Shown piece after piece: positions 19,858-30,697 of a DNA stretch of 60,084 nt. The translations under genes were made by a program, and so were the position numbers. Source of the stretch: Chrysochromulina tobinii (Eukaryota); assembly GCA_001275005.1 (NCBI GenBank), contig JWZX01003344.1, forward strand, positions 1 to 60,084, written 5' to 3'. The number at the start of each line of letters is the position of its first letter. The stretch's first letter is position 1. The notes below the pieces were generated by a model. That model saw nothing but the letters and a program-made list of their open reading frames with translations. It was not told the DNA's origin and did no database searches.

Positions 19858-21465
19858 ATGGCCGCGTTGGCCGTGCCATCGCTTCCGGCGGGTGTGACTC
19901 GCGAATCACTGCCGGACGCGGTCGCGGCAACCTTCGACGCCATCGTAGCCACAACCGTGCTCGACGCTGACGAGCGGCAGCAGCAGGTGCTCAAGACCTC
20001 GGATGATTGGGCGGCGCTCATCACGGCACTGGCCAACTCTGGCCTGCTGCCGCAGACAGAGCTTCTCGCTGCGTCGCGCGACCTCTCGCTGCCTGCGTCG
20101 CTTCCCACCCTCGTGCGCCGGCTCAATGTGGCGCACGCGCCGCCGCGCGCCGACAAGGTCGACACGCTCCTCGAAGACGCCGTCGCACGAGTGCGGCACT
20201 TGCATGGGCTGCTAGCGGAGTGGGAGCTCGGCTCGCTCTCGGCCGAGCAGACGGCGCGGCTGGTCGCGATGCTCGAGGCGCTCCGCGGTCGTCTCGGCAC
20301 GAGCGTCGCGCGCCTGCGCGACTGGCACGACGGCATCCACGCGACGCTCGGTCCGGAGCGCTGCCAGAGCCTTTTCTGGGACCTTCTCGATCCATCTGCG
20401 GCGGAGCGCGACCGTCCGCACGCCTTCCAGCGCGAGCAGCTCGGCGCCATCGAACGCCGCTGTGCGCAGCAGCGCATCGCCTCAGCCACCCTCCCGCCGA
20501 GCGCCAGTGCCGCCGCGGCCGCATCCGCCGCCTTGCGTGCCGCCTCTGCCGCGCGCAACGGCGGCGGCGTCATAGCTTTTGGCGGCGGCTTCGGGCCCGG
20601 CATCGACGTGGTCGTGGGCACGTCGGCTGAGGAGCGCGCGAGTCGGCTGCGCGTGGTGCGCTGCCCTCACGCGCACGTGAGCTGGTCGGACGCCGCGCGA
20701 CTCCATAATGCGCTCGACGCTACTCGCCAGCTCGCCCTCTCCCGCCATGCGGCAGCTTTTCTGGGCCACATTCCGCACGTACCCGCAAGCGCACCGCACG
20801 GTTACCCGGCGCACGCGCGCTGGCACCTGGAGCTGGTGAGCGCGGGTGGCTCCCTCGCGGAAGGGCTGCTGGAGGGTGGGGCGCTGCCCGAGACCTCTCT
20901 CCTCTTCCGCCATTGGCGGCGCGAGTTGATCGAAGCACTGTATCACCTCTCCGCTCACACCACCTTCTTGCTCATGGGCGCGGTCGACCTCTCGCACGTG
21001 TACGCGATGGATTATGGCACCCGGCTGGTGCTCGACCAGTTGCCATGGGGCGCCGAGTTCCCCGAGCTACCCGCCGAGGCCGTGCCGCACACCGCCGGTG
21101 CACCCATTGACCATCAAGCTCTTCGCGACGGACTCCTGCTGTACGATGGCGTCGCCATGCTGAAGACCCTCCTGGGCGCGACCGGTAAGCCGCTGCAGGG
21201 CGTGGACACGCTGCCCGGCCTCGCGCCCGGCCTCGAGCCCGCCGAGCCTCTCGAGAGCCGCTCGAGGTCACGGCCGGTCCATCGCTCGGCGCCCGCGACG
21301 CCCAGCGCGCACCTCGCCGCCATTCTCGACGCATGCTCGCATACCACCAAGCCACCCACGCTGCGCCAGCTGCTCTCACACCCGTACTTTGCGCCCATCG
21401 ACGGCTTCGACCGCGAGGACATCCGCGCCGCCTACCTGCGCTGGCGCCAGCAGCATGCGCCCTGA
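19858..21465 (+). CDS. Hypothetical protein with a degenerate kinase-like C-terminal half (possible pseudokinase)
   Basis: 535-aa ORF. LELVSAGGSL, RHWRRELIEALYHL and terminal PTLRQLLSHPYF resemble kinase subdomains V, VIa and XI, but HRD and DFG are absent. Confidence 0.6.
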   Translation: MAALAVPSLPAGVTRESLPDAVAATFDAIVATTVLDADERQQQVLKTSDDWAALITALANSGLLPQTELLAASRDLSLPASLPTLVRRLNVAHAPPRADKVDTLLEDAVARVRHLHGLLAEWELGSLSAEQTARLVAMLEALRGRLGTSVARLRDWHDGIHATLGPERCQSLFWDLLDPSAAERDRPHAFQREQLGAIERRCAQQRIASATLPPSASAAAAASAALRAASAARNGGGVIAFGGGFGPGIDVVVGTSAEERASRLRVVRCPHAHVSWSDAARLHNALDATRQLALSRHAAAFLGHIPHVPASAPHGYPAHARWHLELVSAGGSLAEGLLEGGALPETSLLFRHWRRELIEALYHLSAHTTFLLMGAVDLSHVYAMDYGTRLVLDQLPWGAEFPELPAEAVPHTAGAPIDHQALRDGLLLYDGVAMLKTLLGATGKPLQGVDTLPGLAPGLEPAEPLESRSRSRPVHRSAPATPSAHLAAILDACSHTTKPPTLRQLLSHPYFAPIDGFDREDIRAAYLRWRQQHAP

Positions 21466-21715
21466 ATCCCGGTGGGTAGCGCCGCGGACCGTTCGTGTGA
21501 ATGTGAATCCCGGTGGGTAGCGCCGCGGACCGTCACCAGGCTGAGGCTCAGGGCACAAGGAAAGTGCGTCAACGCGGCGACGTCAGAACAATGAACATGC
21601 AACTTTGTTAGCGCCGGTGTGTGTATAGACCCCGGGGGGCGTTGAGACCAGATCAACGCGGTGCTCTGGAGGGTCTGGGCAAGTTAGAAATCCCAAGGAC
21701 ACCTGCTCACAAGGC

Positions 21716-22654
21716 TCACATACGTCGCCGTTCAGTCTCTGTGTACACCCGCAGTCTCTCTGGTGCGAGTGCAGGCGAGAGAATCCATGAAGGCTCGGCG
21801 CAAACATATCCACGCGAGTCCGCTGATTGCGCTGTGGTTGCCGCGCCCCCCCTAGGCGTTTCACTCCCATCGGTGCCGGTGCTGCTCGCCGCTCGCACCG
21901 TCGCCGGGGTGCTCGGCGGGCCTTCGAGTTCCGCAGCGCACTTCTCATAGGTACCCGAGTGATGGCCGAGCCCGAGGAGAGTGCGACACAGGGGGCATGC
22001 GGAGATGTGTCGATGCTGGACGCAGCGAGCGTGGAAGCGGTGCCCGCACGTCGTCGTCAGTGCGCTCCCCTCCTGGCCATCAAGCAGCTCGTAGCAAATG
22101 GGGCACTCACTATCCGGGTGGTTAGCCGGGACGGCGTTGTGCTCCACCAGCAAAGCAGCCGTTGACTGGTGACCGCGGTGGGCTGCCAGCTGATAGGGAG
22201 AGTAGGCAGCGACGCCGCAGAGGCTCTCGGAGTCGCCCTTGACCGGCACATCGCGCGCATCCACGGCGAAGCAGAAGGGCAGCTCCGCGTCAGCACCCAA
22301 CCTCAGCAGCGCACGCACACACTCCACAGAGCCCTGCCCAACGGCGAGGTGCAACGCCGTGGGCCCACCAGGGCAATCTTTGCCGCCCTTGCACCAGCAC
22401 GACGCATGCTCGCCGAGGAGGTCGTCTGTAATGCGCTCGAGCACTGCCTCGAGAACCCGCGTGTCTCCGCGGTACACTAAAAGCAGATGCGGCAGCCCAA
22501 CGAGCTTGCCAGAGCCGCTTGAACGCTGGCAGGCACCGATTGAACGCTGGTCGAGCACACCCGCAGCAGCGCAGGCGCGCCCGTAACGAGCGACGGACGC
22601 ACAATCGTCTGCGAGCACGGCGCAATGGAGCTGAGCCACCAAAGCGTCGACCAT
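21716..22654 (-). CDS. Ankyrin-repeat plus RING-H2 protein (putative E3 ubiquitin ligase)
   Basis: GPTALHLAVGQGSVECVRALLRLGAD is ankyrin-like; CPIC...CGHRFHARC...CPLCR is a RING-H2. Confidence 0.85.
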   Translation of the reverse strand: MVDALVAQLHCAVLADDCASVARYGRACAAAGVLDQRSIGACQRSSGSGKLVGLPHLLLVYRGDTRVLEAVLERITDDLLGEHASCWCKGGKDCPGGPTALHLAVGQGSVECVRALLRLGADAELPFCFAVDARDVPVKGDSESLCGVAAYSPYQLAAHRGHQSTAALLVEHNAVPANHPDSECPICYELLDGQEGSALTTTCGHRFHARCVQHRHISACPLCRTLLGLGHHSGTYEKCAAELEGPPSTPATVRAASSTGTDGSETPRGGAATTAQSADSRGYVCAEPSWILSPALAPERLRVYTETERRRM

Positions 22655-22921
22655 ATTTCAACGCGCTGTGGTGGGCTGCTCTTTCGTTCATGTGAACGGA
22701 CAGTTAAATAAAGGGAGGATTCCCAAGTACACTCGTATCTCATGCAGATTCACCTCGTATCTCATGCAGAATCACCGCCGCCTTGACGCCGTCGCTCACC
22801 ATACTGGTCCACAGCACTCTGAATCTCAGAGAGCCCCCGGGTGTGTCTTTTCATCAAGTTCTCCACCCGGCCACGCTGCGTGTGGAGGACGCGTGCTGGC
22901 GCGCTTTCGGCACTCGCCTGC

Positions 22922-23857
22922 TCAGTATTCGCGCATGACGACCTTGCCGCCGCCCACCTTGAGAGCCTTCTTGAGTGCGACCTCGTGCAGCACTGCCCTA
23001 CCGTCCTTGCCCGGCGTGAGCAGCGGCTCGAGGCGGTAGCCGTCACCGAAGACCATCTTGGCCGGATAGACGGTGCCGCCTGCGCGCTTCTGCTTCTCGG
23101 AGACCTGGATTCCGTCGTAGATCCTGAAGATGCTCTCCGCCCTCTGCGAGTACGTGTTGCGGTACCACGTAGGAGGCTCCCTGCTGTCGCGCACCATCGT
23201 GGACATGCGGAACATCGGGTAGATAGTCGCGGTCGTGCAGATGCCGTACGGGAACAGGTAAGCGAGCGGCGAGGGCGAGGCGGTCAGCGCGAGGCACACG
23301 TTCTCGTACACCTGCGCCTCGGTGAGATCATCGTTGAAGTAAAAGTCGAACCGATTGTGGTGCACGACGTGGTAGAACAGCCAGAACATGTGCCACGGCA
23401 GCGTCTTGGCCATCTCCTCCTTGGTCGGGCCGGTCGAGCCACCGTCAGCTGTCACCTGGAAGCCCGCCTTCTCAAGGTCCACGCCCGCCTCGGCGTACAA
23501 CGCCATGACATTAGGCAGGTGGCAGTACGCGACCTTGGTCGTCTCGGACCAGAGGCAGTGCGAAAAATCGATCGTCGCGGCGCCGAGGCCGTTGAAGAGG
23601 TAGACGCCTTTCATGGGTGCAGCATTGGCCCCCTTGTTGCCCCACGATTCGATCTCGGACAGCTCACGATTGATCGTCAGCGCAAACGGCGCGAACTGGA
23701 AGGCAATCAGCGCAACGACGACGTATCGTGTGCTTTTAGCAGCGGCGTAGATTAGGAAACCCATGGAGGCAAGAACGAATGGGATGAAAAAGGGGAAGGC
23801 GACGAACTTGGGCACCATGTGCGCAAGGAAGGCGTACAAGAGGAGCTTCGCTGCCAT
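22922..23857 (-). CDS. Hypothetical membrane protein (311 aa)
   Basis: ATG at 23857, hydrophobic N-terminal helices and coding-like GC3 bias. The upstream part of the 565-aa ORF is the antisense shadow of the next gene. Confidence 0.7.
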   Translation of the reverse strand: MAAKLLLYAFLAHMVPKFVAFPFFIPFVLASMGFLIYAAAKSTRYVVVALIAFQFAPFALTINRELSEIESWGNKGANAAPMKGVYLFNGLGAATIDFSHCLWSETTKVAYCHLPNVMALYAEAGVDLEKAGFQVTADGGSTGPTKEEMAKTLPWHMFWLFYHVVHHNRFDFYFNDDLTEAQVYENVCLALTASPSPLAYLFPYGICTTATIYPMFRMSTMVRDSREPPTWYRNTYSQRAESIFRIYDGIQVSEKQKRAGGTVYPAKMVFGDGYRLEPLLTPGKDGRAVLHEVALKKALKVGGGKVVMREY

Positions 23858-24299
23858 CCTGTCGCTGGATGGACCGACGATACGACCTGCATGACGGCCG
23901 ACGCGGATGCCCGGCAACTGTGAACGTGAACAGATCCTGGGTTCTGTGGTGCCCCGCTTCCTCGCGTTCTTGCTGTAGGACCGGGGTATCTGACTGAATG
24001 ACTGAGACTCGCAAATGGCCAAATCTGAGTCCGTCCGTTTGTTCGCCAAAATCGGTCCCGACAGGCGCGACGAGCCGGGCGTCGAGCGATTCGTCGAGCG
24101 TACGAGCGTACCGTGCGCACCCCGTGGAAAAGTCTCGCGACTCGCGGTGCTGCGCGGCCTCGCCCGATTGCGCGGCCAATTCTTTTTTTGACGTTTCAGA
24201 CTTCCAAACTCCAAGTAACAACCGGCCCCTCGGACCCAAAGTGCGCTTCGCCAAAGCCTCTCTCCTGAGCGGGGCTGTGCGGGCCCGGAGGCCTTAGGG

Positions 24300-26606
24300 A
24301 TGGGTGCCGCCATGGATAAGTGCTTGGCGCCGCCGCCGCTGCCTCCTTCCGCCGAGCCGCCTTCCGACGAGCCACCTTCCGCTGGGTCACCTTCCGCCGA
24401 GCCACCTTCCGCCGAGCCACCTTCCGCCGAGCCACCTTCCACCGAGCCGGCATCTGCGCCAGCACCGTCGAGTGCCCCGCCATCGAGCCCATCATCGAGC
24501 GCGAACCACGAGCCAATATGTGCGCCGCCATCGCCAGCTCCGCCCAAGGATGAAACCAAGAGCTTGCCCAAGCCTGTTGAGCCGGCCCGGCGGCCGAGCT
24601 GGTTTGGTACGCCCGCCAAGAAGGAGTCCTACCCGACACCGGCGAGCGGCTTCCGCTCGAAGCGGATCGGCGTGGACAACACGTCTTCGGCGCCGCAGCA
24701 CGACTCGATGGGTATCGACTGGGAAGGTGAGCCAACGGGCGGCTCGCACATGCATGCGGATGTGCTCGGCTACTCAGCGGCCGACTACCTGCACTCGCGC
24801 GAGCAGCTGGTCTCAATGATCGAGCGCGGCCTCAAGCCGCCACAGAGCCTCTTCGTCCAGCTGGAGGCGTGCGCTCACAAGATGAGCGAGGCGGACTTGC
24901 GCGAGGAGTACAAGTGGTACGTGGCCACATACCTATCCGAAAACTCGTCGCTTCAGCTCAAGGGGGCGTGCGAGATGTTGGTCATCAAGCTTGGCGAGAT
25001 CGTCTCGTTGCCGCTCGCCGCGCGCCTCGCGAGAAAGGCGACCGACAAGCGATTATCTGAGTCGAACGTGACGCCGCGCCAAGCCGCGGTGGTCGAACAC
25101 AATTTGGGACCAGGTGGGAGCCGGGACTATGCCGAGTACACTGCGCTCAGGCAAGAGGCGTTGGAGATGCGGCGCAAGGGGCACCGCGTGAAACAGGAGG
25201 TCTATTCCGAGATCGACCTGCGCATGTACACGCTGCCCAGCGCGGACATGGTGGCCGAGTACAAGTACCTTGCGCAGATCTATCTCGATTACGAGATCTC
25301 GCTCGACCCGTCAGAGGTGAGGGTGCGGGGCTTCGTCGAGCTGCGGTTGATGCGGCTCGGCGAGCTGCTCTACATGCCGCTGCAGCTGCGCGTCGCCGCT
25401 ATCCGCGCGGACGCCGTGCTCTCGAAGGTGGAGAAGCTCAAGCCGCAGATTGTATCGAATGCGCTGCTCATGCGCAAGGCCGAGCCGGAGATCAAGCCGG
25501 AGCAGATTGGCCTCGCGCCGCCCACCAAGCCGCCGCCCCGGGTGGTCGCGATGGTGCCGCAGATGCTCCAGCCGGGGGAGGAGGGCTACGAGGAGCCGAC
25601 GGCGGAGGAGTTGGAGCTGGCGCGCGAGCTCATGCCGCACAAGCCGGACACGACGCCGCGCGAGTACTACCTCACCTCGGAGCCGCCGATGACGCCGTCG
25701 CAGGCGGCGATCGTGGGCGCACGCCAGCTGCCGCTGCCGCCATCGCTGGTAGACACTTCGCACCTCAAGCCGGGCGATCCCGGATACGTGCCGCCCGCCG
25801 TGCCGCCACGTCGGGTGGCGGACTACACGACGCCGGGCAAGCCGTTCGACCGGCCGTACATGCACGGGCAGGCGCCCGTCGACATGCTGCGCGACATCGC
25901 GGCGCTCGGCGGCGCACCCGACTTTGTGTCCGGAGTAGGAGGAGACGGACGCCCTGCAGTCCATCGGGCCGAATGGATGAAGGGCGAGCTGCCCGACGGC
26001 GCCGGCTCGCTCATGGCGGCGGAGACGACCCAACGCTCAGGCGTACCCAAATGGCTGCAGAAGCTGCGCTTGCGCGAGAACCTGGGCGGCCGGCGCCGCG
26101 ACGCAGACCAGCTGCGACTGCTCGACCTCGCAGCAGAGGCGGCCAGCCAGGCGGCCTTCCACGGCCTGCAGTCCGGCGCAGCTGGTGCGCTCGGCCCTGG
26201 CTCCATCATCGAGACCGAGGGCACGGATTCGAAGCCCAAGGCCCCTCGGTACGAGCAGCCGGGCAACTTCATGGTCAAGGATCAGCTCATCAGCGAGCTC
26301 AGTGGCTTCCTCCAAAAGGCGGGCGGCGCGGGCGGCAACGTGCGCGGGAAGCTCAAGCCCGTTACCGACTCGGACAAGAAGAGCTGGTTCTTGCGAGAAG
26401 CCGACCGGTTGCGGCTGCAGCAGATCGCCTCGCTCAACGATCGGTCCGCGGCCATCGAGAAGCTCGAGAGGGAGCGTGAGGAGACGCTCAAGAAGCAGGG
26501 CATCGGCGGACGGCCCGTCGAGACCATCGCCTTCGGCGCGCGCAATGCGGGGGGCAGGCTACCGGGATCGCCTCCAGTCTTCGTCGATCGCAGCTTTCAG
26601 GCGTGA
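24300..26606 (+). CDS. Hypothetical protein with Pro-rich N-terminus and an internally duplicated ~95-aa helical domain
   Basis: 768-aa intronless ORF with GC3 bias, AEPPS repeats and two homologous segments (see findings). Confidence 0.75.
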   Translation: MGAAMDKCLAPPPLPPSAEPPSDEPPSAGSPSAEPPSAEPPSAEPPSTEPASAPAPSSAPPSSPSSSANHEPICAPPSPAPPKDETKSLPKPVEPARRPSWFGTPAKKESYPTPASGFRSKRIGVDNTSSAPQHDSMGIDWEGEPTGGSHMHADVLGYSAADYLHSREQLVSMIERGLKPPQSLFVQLEACAHKMSEADLREEYKWYVATYLSENSSLQLKGACEMLVIKLGEIVSLPLAARLARKATDKRLSESNVTPRQAAVVEHNLGPGGSRDYAEYTALRQEALEMRRKGHRVKQEVYSEIDLRMYTLPSADMVAEYKYLAQIYLDYEISLDPSEVRVRGFVELRLMRLGELLYMPLQLRVAAIRADAVLSKVEKLKPQIVSNALLMRKAEPEIKPEQIGLAPPTKPPPRVVAMVPQMLQPGEEGYEEPTAEELELARELMPHKPDTTPREYYLTSEPPMTPSQAAIVGARQLPLPPSLVDTSHLKPGDPGYVPPAVPPRRVADYTTPGKPFDRPYMHGQAPVDMLRDIAALGGAPDFVSGVGGDGRPAVHRAEWMKGELPDGAGSLMAAETTQRSGVPKWLQKLRLRENLGGRRRDADQLRLLDLAAEAASQAAFHGLQSGAAGALGPGSIIETEGTDSKPKAPRYEQPGNFMVKDQLISELSGFLQKAGGAGGNVRGKLKPVTDSDKKSWFLREADRLRLQQIASLNDRSAAIEKLEREREETLKKQGIGGRPVETIAFGARNAGGRLPGSPPVFVDRSFQA
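24345..24450 (+). repeat. 15-nt coding tandem repeat (CCTTCCGCCGAGCCA; AEPPS, about 6 copies)
   Basis: Directly visible. Confidence 0.85.
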
Positions 26607-27148
26607 GAGGGGGCGCTTCCACAGGCGTCGCTTCCACAGGCGTCGCTTCCGCACTGAACCCGCACCGAGCGCCTCGCAGCGGCGGTTGCGGCGGCGGTGG
26701 CGGCGGCGTGAGGTCGGCGAGGGTGGCGTCAGCTCGGGGGGCAGGGTCCACGGTTGTGGTGTTGCATGCATGAGGTGGTGGAATGGCCACGGGGGGGGCG
26801 TTCGCCAGCAGCCGAGCGCCTCCCTAGGGCTCAGAGCGTCTACAAGCAAACCGAGTGGCAAGGGAAGGGGGTGGGGTAGCTGTCTCGGCTCTCGCACGAG
26901 GCCGCCGCCGGTGGATGAGCGTTCGGACGTTCGCACGATATGCGCAATCCGGCGGCGGCGATGTGTGTTCGCCCGTTTGTGAAACATCCCATTGATTTCA
27001 GGCTTAACATGACTTCTAAATGACGGAATTGCTGATCTTTGAGAGCAAACGTCTGGAGCTGCCGGGAAAGCCGCCAGGTATTACTAAGTCTGACGCCCCG
27101 CACCGGGAGCGCCCCGGGCCCGCGCACGCGCGTGATGGCCATCACTCG

Positions 27149-28372
27149 TTAGCCTGAAGCCTCAGTAATGCCGGCTTCTGCCTCTGCCTCAGCTGGCGGA
27201 GGCTCACCGCGGGCAGCTGCAAGCTCTCTTCGCAGCTGCGCCACCTGCGCGCGCAGCTTGGCCTCCCGTGCGGCGGCCTCACGCGCCTGCCGCTCGCGCT
27301 TTCGCTCCTCCTTCTCAACGGCCTCGCGCACAGCAGCCTCCACCTGGAGCGCATTGGCTCGGTTGAGGTCGACGACCCAACTGCCACGATGCGAGGCAAC
27401 ACGCCGCGTGAGAGCGCCACGCTAGAGCAAGGACCGCGCCGCGTGCTCGTGCGAGGGGCGGCGGGCGGCGAGTGCAGGCACACGCGTACAAGAGCCGAGA
27501 ACAAGGATAGGAAAGCTGTTAAGGATAGGAAAGCTGTTCGGATAGGGAGCCGGGCGCACCGCCTGCAGCTCCTCGGCGTATGCGTCCTCCTTTTGCTCCC
27601 CCTCCGCCTGTAGCTTCTGTACTTGCGCAAGCAGCCGCGCCGCCTCCAACTGCGCCGCCGCGGCCGCTGCCATCGCCGCCGCTTCGCCCGCAATCGCGCT
27701 GGACGACTCCGCCTTTGAAGCCCGGAGATCACGCAGCAGCTCCTCCTGCGCTAGTAGTGCCTCCGCTGCCTTCTCGGCGTGAAGCCGCACCGCTTCGGCG
27801 TGCATGCGCTCGGCCGTCGCCGCCTCGGCACGCGCGACGGCCAGCTGCCTCGCTGCCTCGCTCTCCTTGGCGTCGTCGTCGGCTGAACGCACGGCCGCCG
27901 TGATCCGCAGCAGCTCGCCCTGGAAATTGCTAGCTTGCAAGGTGTCCTGCGCGACCCGGGCCAGCGCGAGACGCACCGGATCGGGTGGGGCGAGCAGATC
28001 TGACGTATCGAGGGGCTGAGAGCCCGCCGCTGTCGTGTGCTTAGACGGTCGCGAGCGGCTCGTGTCGGAGCCGTTGTGGTTGCCGCGCGCCTTGCGCGAG
28101 TGATCGAGTGCCTCCCGCACGGACTCGGGCAGGAGCTGGAGCGTACCTTTCTGTCGCCGATCTGTGCCCGAGCCCGAGTTTTTAGGTCGCCGATCTGTGC
28201 CTGAGCCGTCCCTGCGCTGCTTTGTGGCTGCCTTCTTGCTGCTGCTCTTTACAGCAGACTTTGCGCCCGTGGGAGCCGCCGCGCTCCAGCCGTTGCCGAT
28301 GGTCGCCTCCGCTTCAGGTGTGCGCGGAGTTTCGGGGGCATCCTCGGCCACGGGGATGGAGAGCACCTCCAT
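27149..28372 (-). CDS. Coiled-coil hypothetical protein; probable intron 27344-27559
   Basis: E/A/R-rich heptad sequence. The GCG|GTGCGC donor and CTCCAG|GTG acceptor join the 351-aa and 64-aa ORFs in phase 0. Start uncertain. Confidence 0.6.
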
Positions 28373-28573
28373 GAGATTGAGCCCTATTTTCTCGGTTCGC
28401 TCGTCGGCCGATGCTACCCCGAGCTTTTTGGAAAGTCGAGCAAGTTTCAAGTTTCTCCAAAAACGAGCTGACACCACATGTGGGCAAGACTACCCGACAC
28501 GCCACCCCTCCCCCTCAGCGTATTCACGACATCTTGTCCCTTTTCCTTCCTCTTGGACTTGGATCGGCAATCG

Positions 28574-30513
28574 ATGGCCGATGATGAGGAGAAGTTGTGT
28601 CGCTACTGCTTCGACGGCGAGGACGAAGGGCCGCTTATCAGCCCGTGCAACTGCCGCGGCGACCAGAAATGGGTTCATCTCCAGTGCCTGCGCCGTTGGC
28701 AGCGGATGGTGCTCGTCTCGCAGCCAACGCACCCAGCATTCTACGAGCGCGACCCTCGGCACTATCGCTGCAACGTGTGCAAGGGACTATTCACGTGCGA
28801 GCCGCCGACGCGGCTCGAACTCATGGAATCGTTCACGGGGCCCGAGCTAGGCGCGCTCATGGCACCCGGCTGCATCATCGCGTCGCACGCCACCTTCTCG
28901 GCCGAGCTCATGTCCCAGATGCAAGGCATGCCGTCCTTCATGCGCGAGCACTCGCCGTACGCGCATTGGTGCGCAGGCGTCTTCCTCATCACCGAGGTTG
29001 AGCCACTCGACCCAACCCTCACGGTTCCCATCCACTCGCCCGGGGCGCTCGAGGCCGTGCGTGACCGTTTGGGAGACAACCTGATGATCTCGTTGCAAGG
29101 GCAGAGGCTGCGGCTCATGCCGGGCGGCGCGCTCACGGGTGTCGCGCCCGACGAGCTCGGCGAGAGCCTCGCGGCCCTCACGTACTCCGAGGGCATGCGC
29201 CTCACACTCGAGCGCACGCCGCCGCCGGGCTGCGGCGACGACCACGTGACGGCGATCAACTTGGCGCGACAGACGACACGGCCTATTGACGAAACGGCCT
29301 TCGTGCAGGCTCGTGATGCGGTGCTGGCGAGGCTGCCCGAGGCGTCGGCCGTGCGCGTCATGCATTACATCGGCGGTCCATGTTCACCCGACGAAGTCTC
29401 ACATTGCGTGGTGAGTGGCGGCACCGGCTGCGGCTCTCTGAGTACGACTGATTACGACTGAGTACGACTGAGTACGACTGAGTGCGACTGATTACGGCTG
29501 ATTACGGCTGAGTGCGACTGATTACGGCTGATTACGGCTGATTACAACTGATTACAACTGATTACAACTGATTACGGCTCTCTGATGGCGACTGAGCCGA
29601 AGTGCCACTGATTACGACTGAGTGCCACTGATTGCCACTGATTGCAGGTGAGCGGCGGCAATCGAGAGAGCTGCGGCTGGACGGTGCTCAAACATCTCGA
29701 TGAGGCCCTCGAGCTCGCTTGCAGGCGCGCGTTCGACGACGTGGTCGAAGGTCAGGGTGATGTGCGCTGCGGCCAGGCAGTGAAGCTGGTGGGGCTTCAA
29801 ACTCGCCACGAGCTCAATGGCGAGTGCGGTGTCGCTCTTTGCTACCAGCCGAGCGCGGGTCGCTGGGTCGTTCGCCTCAAGGATGGTCAAGGCAAGCAGC
29901 TCAAGCCAAGCAACCTCGAGGTAGCGCGCTCAGAGCGAACACGTCTTCGCCGCCGAATGCCCTCGAGGGCTACGGATGGTTGCTGAGTGCAGATTCGTTG
30001 GCTCGTCATTGCATGCTGAGTGCAGACTCGTTGGTCGTCATTGCAGGTGCTCGGCGACGGCGCGCCTGTGGTGCACTGCGTGTGGGGAGACGCGCAGTGG
30101 AGCCGCACGCAGCTGCTCGGCGAGATCGCTCGCGGGCACTGGGGGCTCTGCCACGCGTCGGTGGCCGAGATGCTCGCTCCTCCGACTGAGCGCTGGGCGG
30201 CTCTCGATGGACGTCTTGTCTTCGCTCCCGAGACAGAGATGATGGAGGATGTGCGCGCCCCGCACGCGTGCCGATCGAACCATGGATCACCTCCCCCCCC
30301 CATTCGACCCTCCCTGACCCCTCCCCCCTAACCGCCCACCCCCTGTGCGCCGCTCATCCGACGCGATGTGCGCAGTTCATCCGGCGCGGCGTGGCGGAGA
30401 TGGAGCGCGAGAGGGCGCTGCAGAGTCGCGCGGCCGATGCGTCCGCGTCCGCAGTCGAAGCGGCCGAGGACGCAGAGGCAGCCCGCGGCCGCGGAGGCAG
30501 CCGAAAATGCTGA
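28574..30513 (+). CDS. RING-CH (RINGv) protein fused to a DUF179/AlgH-like domain; exons 28574-29410, 29648-29920, 30047-30250, 30376-30513
   Basis: CRYC...LISPCNCRGDQKWVHLQCLRRWQ...CNVC is a C4HC3 RING-CH. YIGGP and WGDAQWSRTQLLGEIARGHW resemble DUF179 motifs. Three phase-0 GT-AG introns. Confidence 0.75.
29438..29645 (+). repeat. 10-nt satellite (GATTACGACT / GAGTACGACT, about 20 copies) in intron 29411-29647
   Basis: Directly visible tandem array. Confidence 0.9.
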
Positions 30514-30564
30514 CGCTGGCGAGACTCTGGCTGTCGAAGAGGATGGTGGCGAAGAGTAGGGCTA

Positions 30565-30697
30565 GGCGGACATCGAGGCGGACATCGAGGCGGAGATCGA
30601 GGCGGAGATCGAGCGGAGATCGAGGCGGAGATCGAGCGGAGATCGAGGCGGAAGTCGAGGCGGAGATCGAGGCGGAGATCGAGGCGGAGATCGAGGC
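30565..30697 (+). repeat. 12-nt tandem repeat (GCGGAGATCGAG) downstream of the RING-CH stop codon
   Basis: About 10 imperfect copies. Confidence 0.85.

Noticed and set aside
23858..24619. N-terminal 254 aa of the 565-aa minus-strand ORF
   Set aside because: It is the antisense read of the AEPPS repeat of the 24300 gene plus promoter sequence. Coding character starts at the ATG at 23857.
18335..30513. MYND, ankyrin-RING and RING-CH genes as part of one defence cluster with the TIR-HET gene
   Set aside because: These families are common in algal genomes and are interspersed with unrelated genes, so proximity alone is not evidence.
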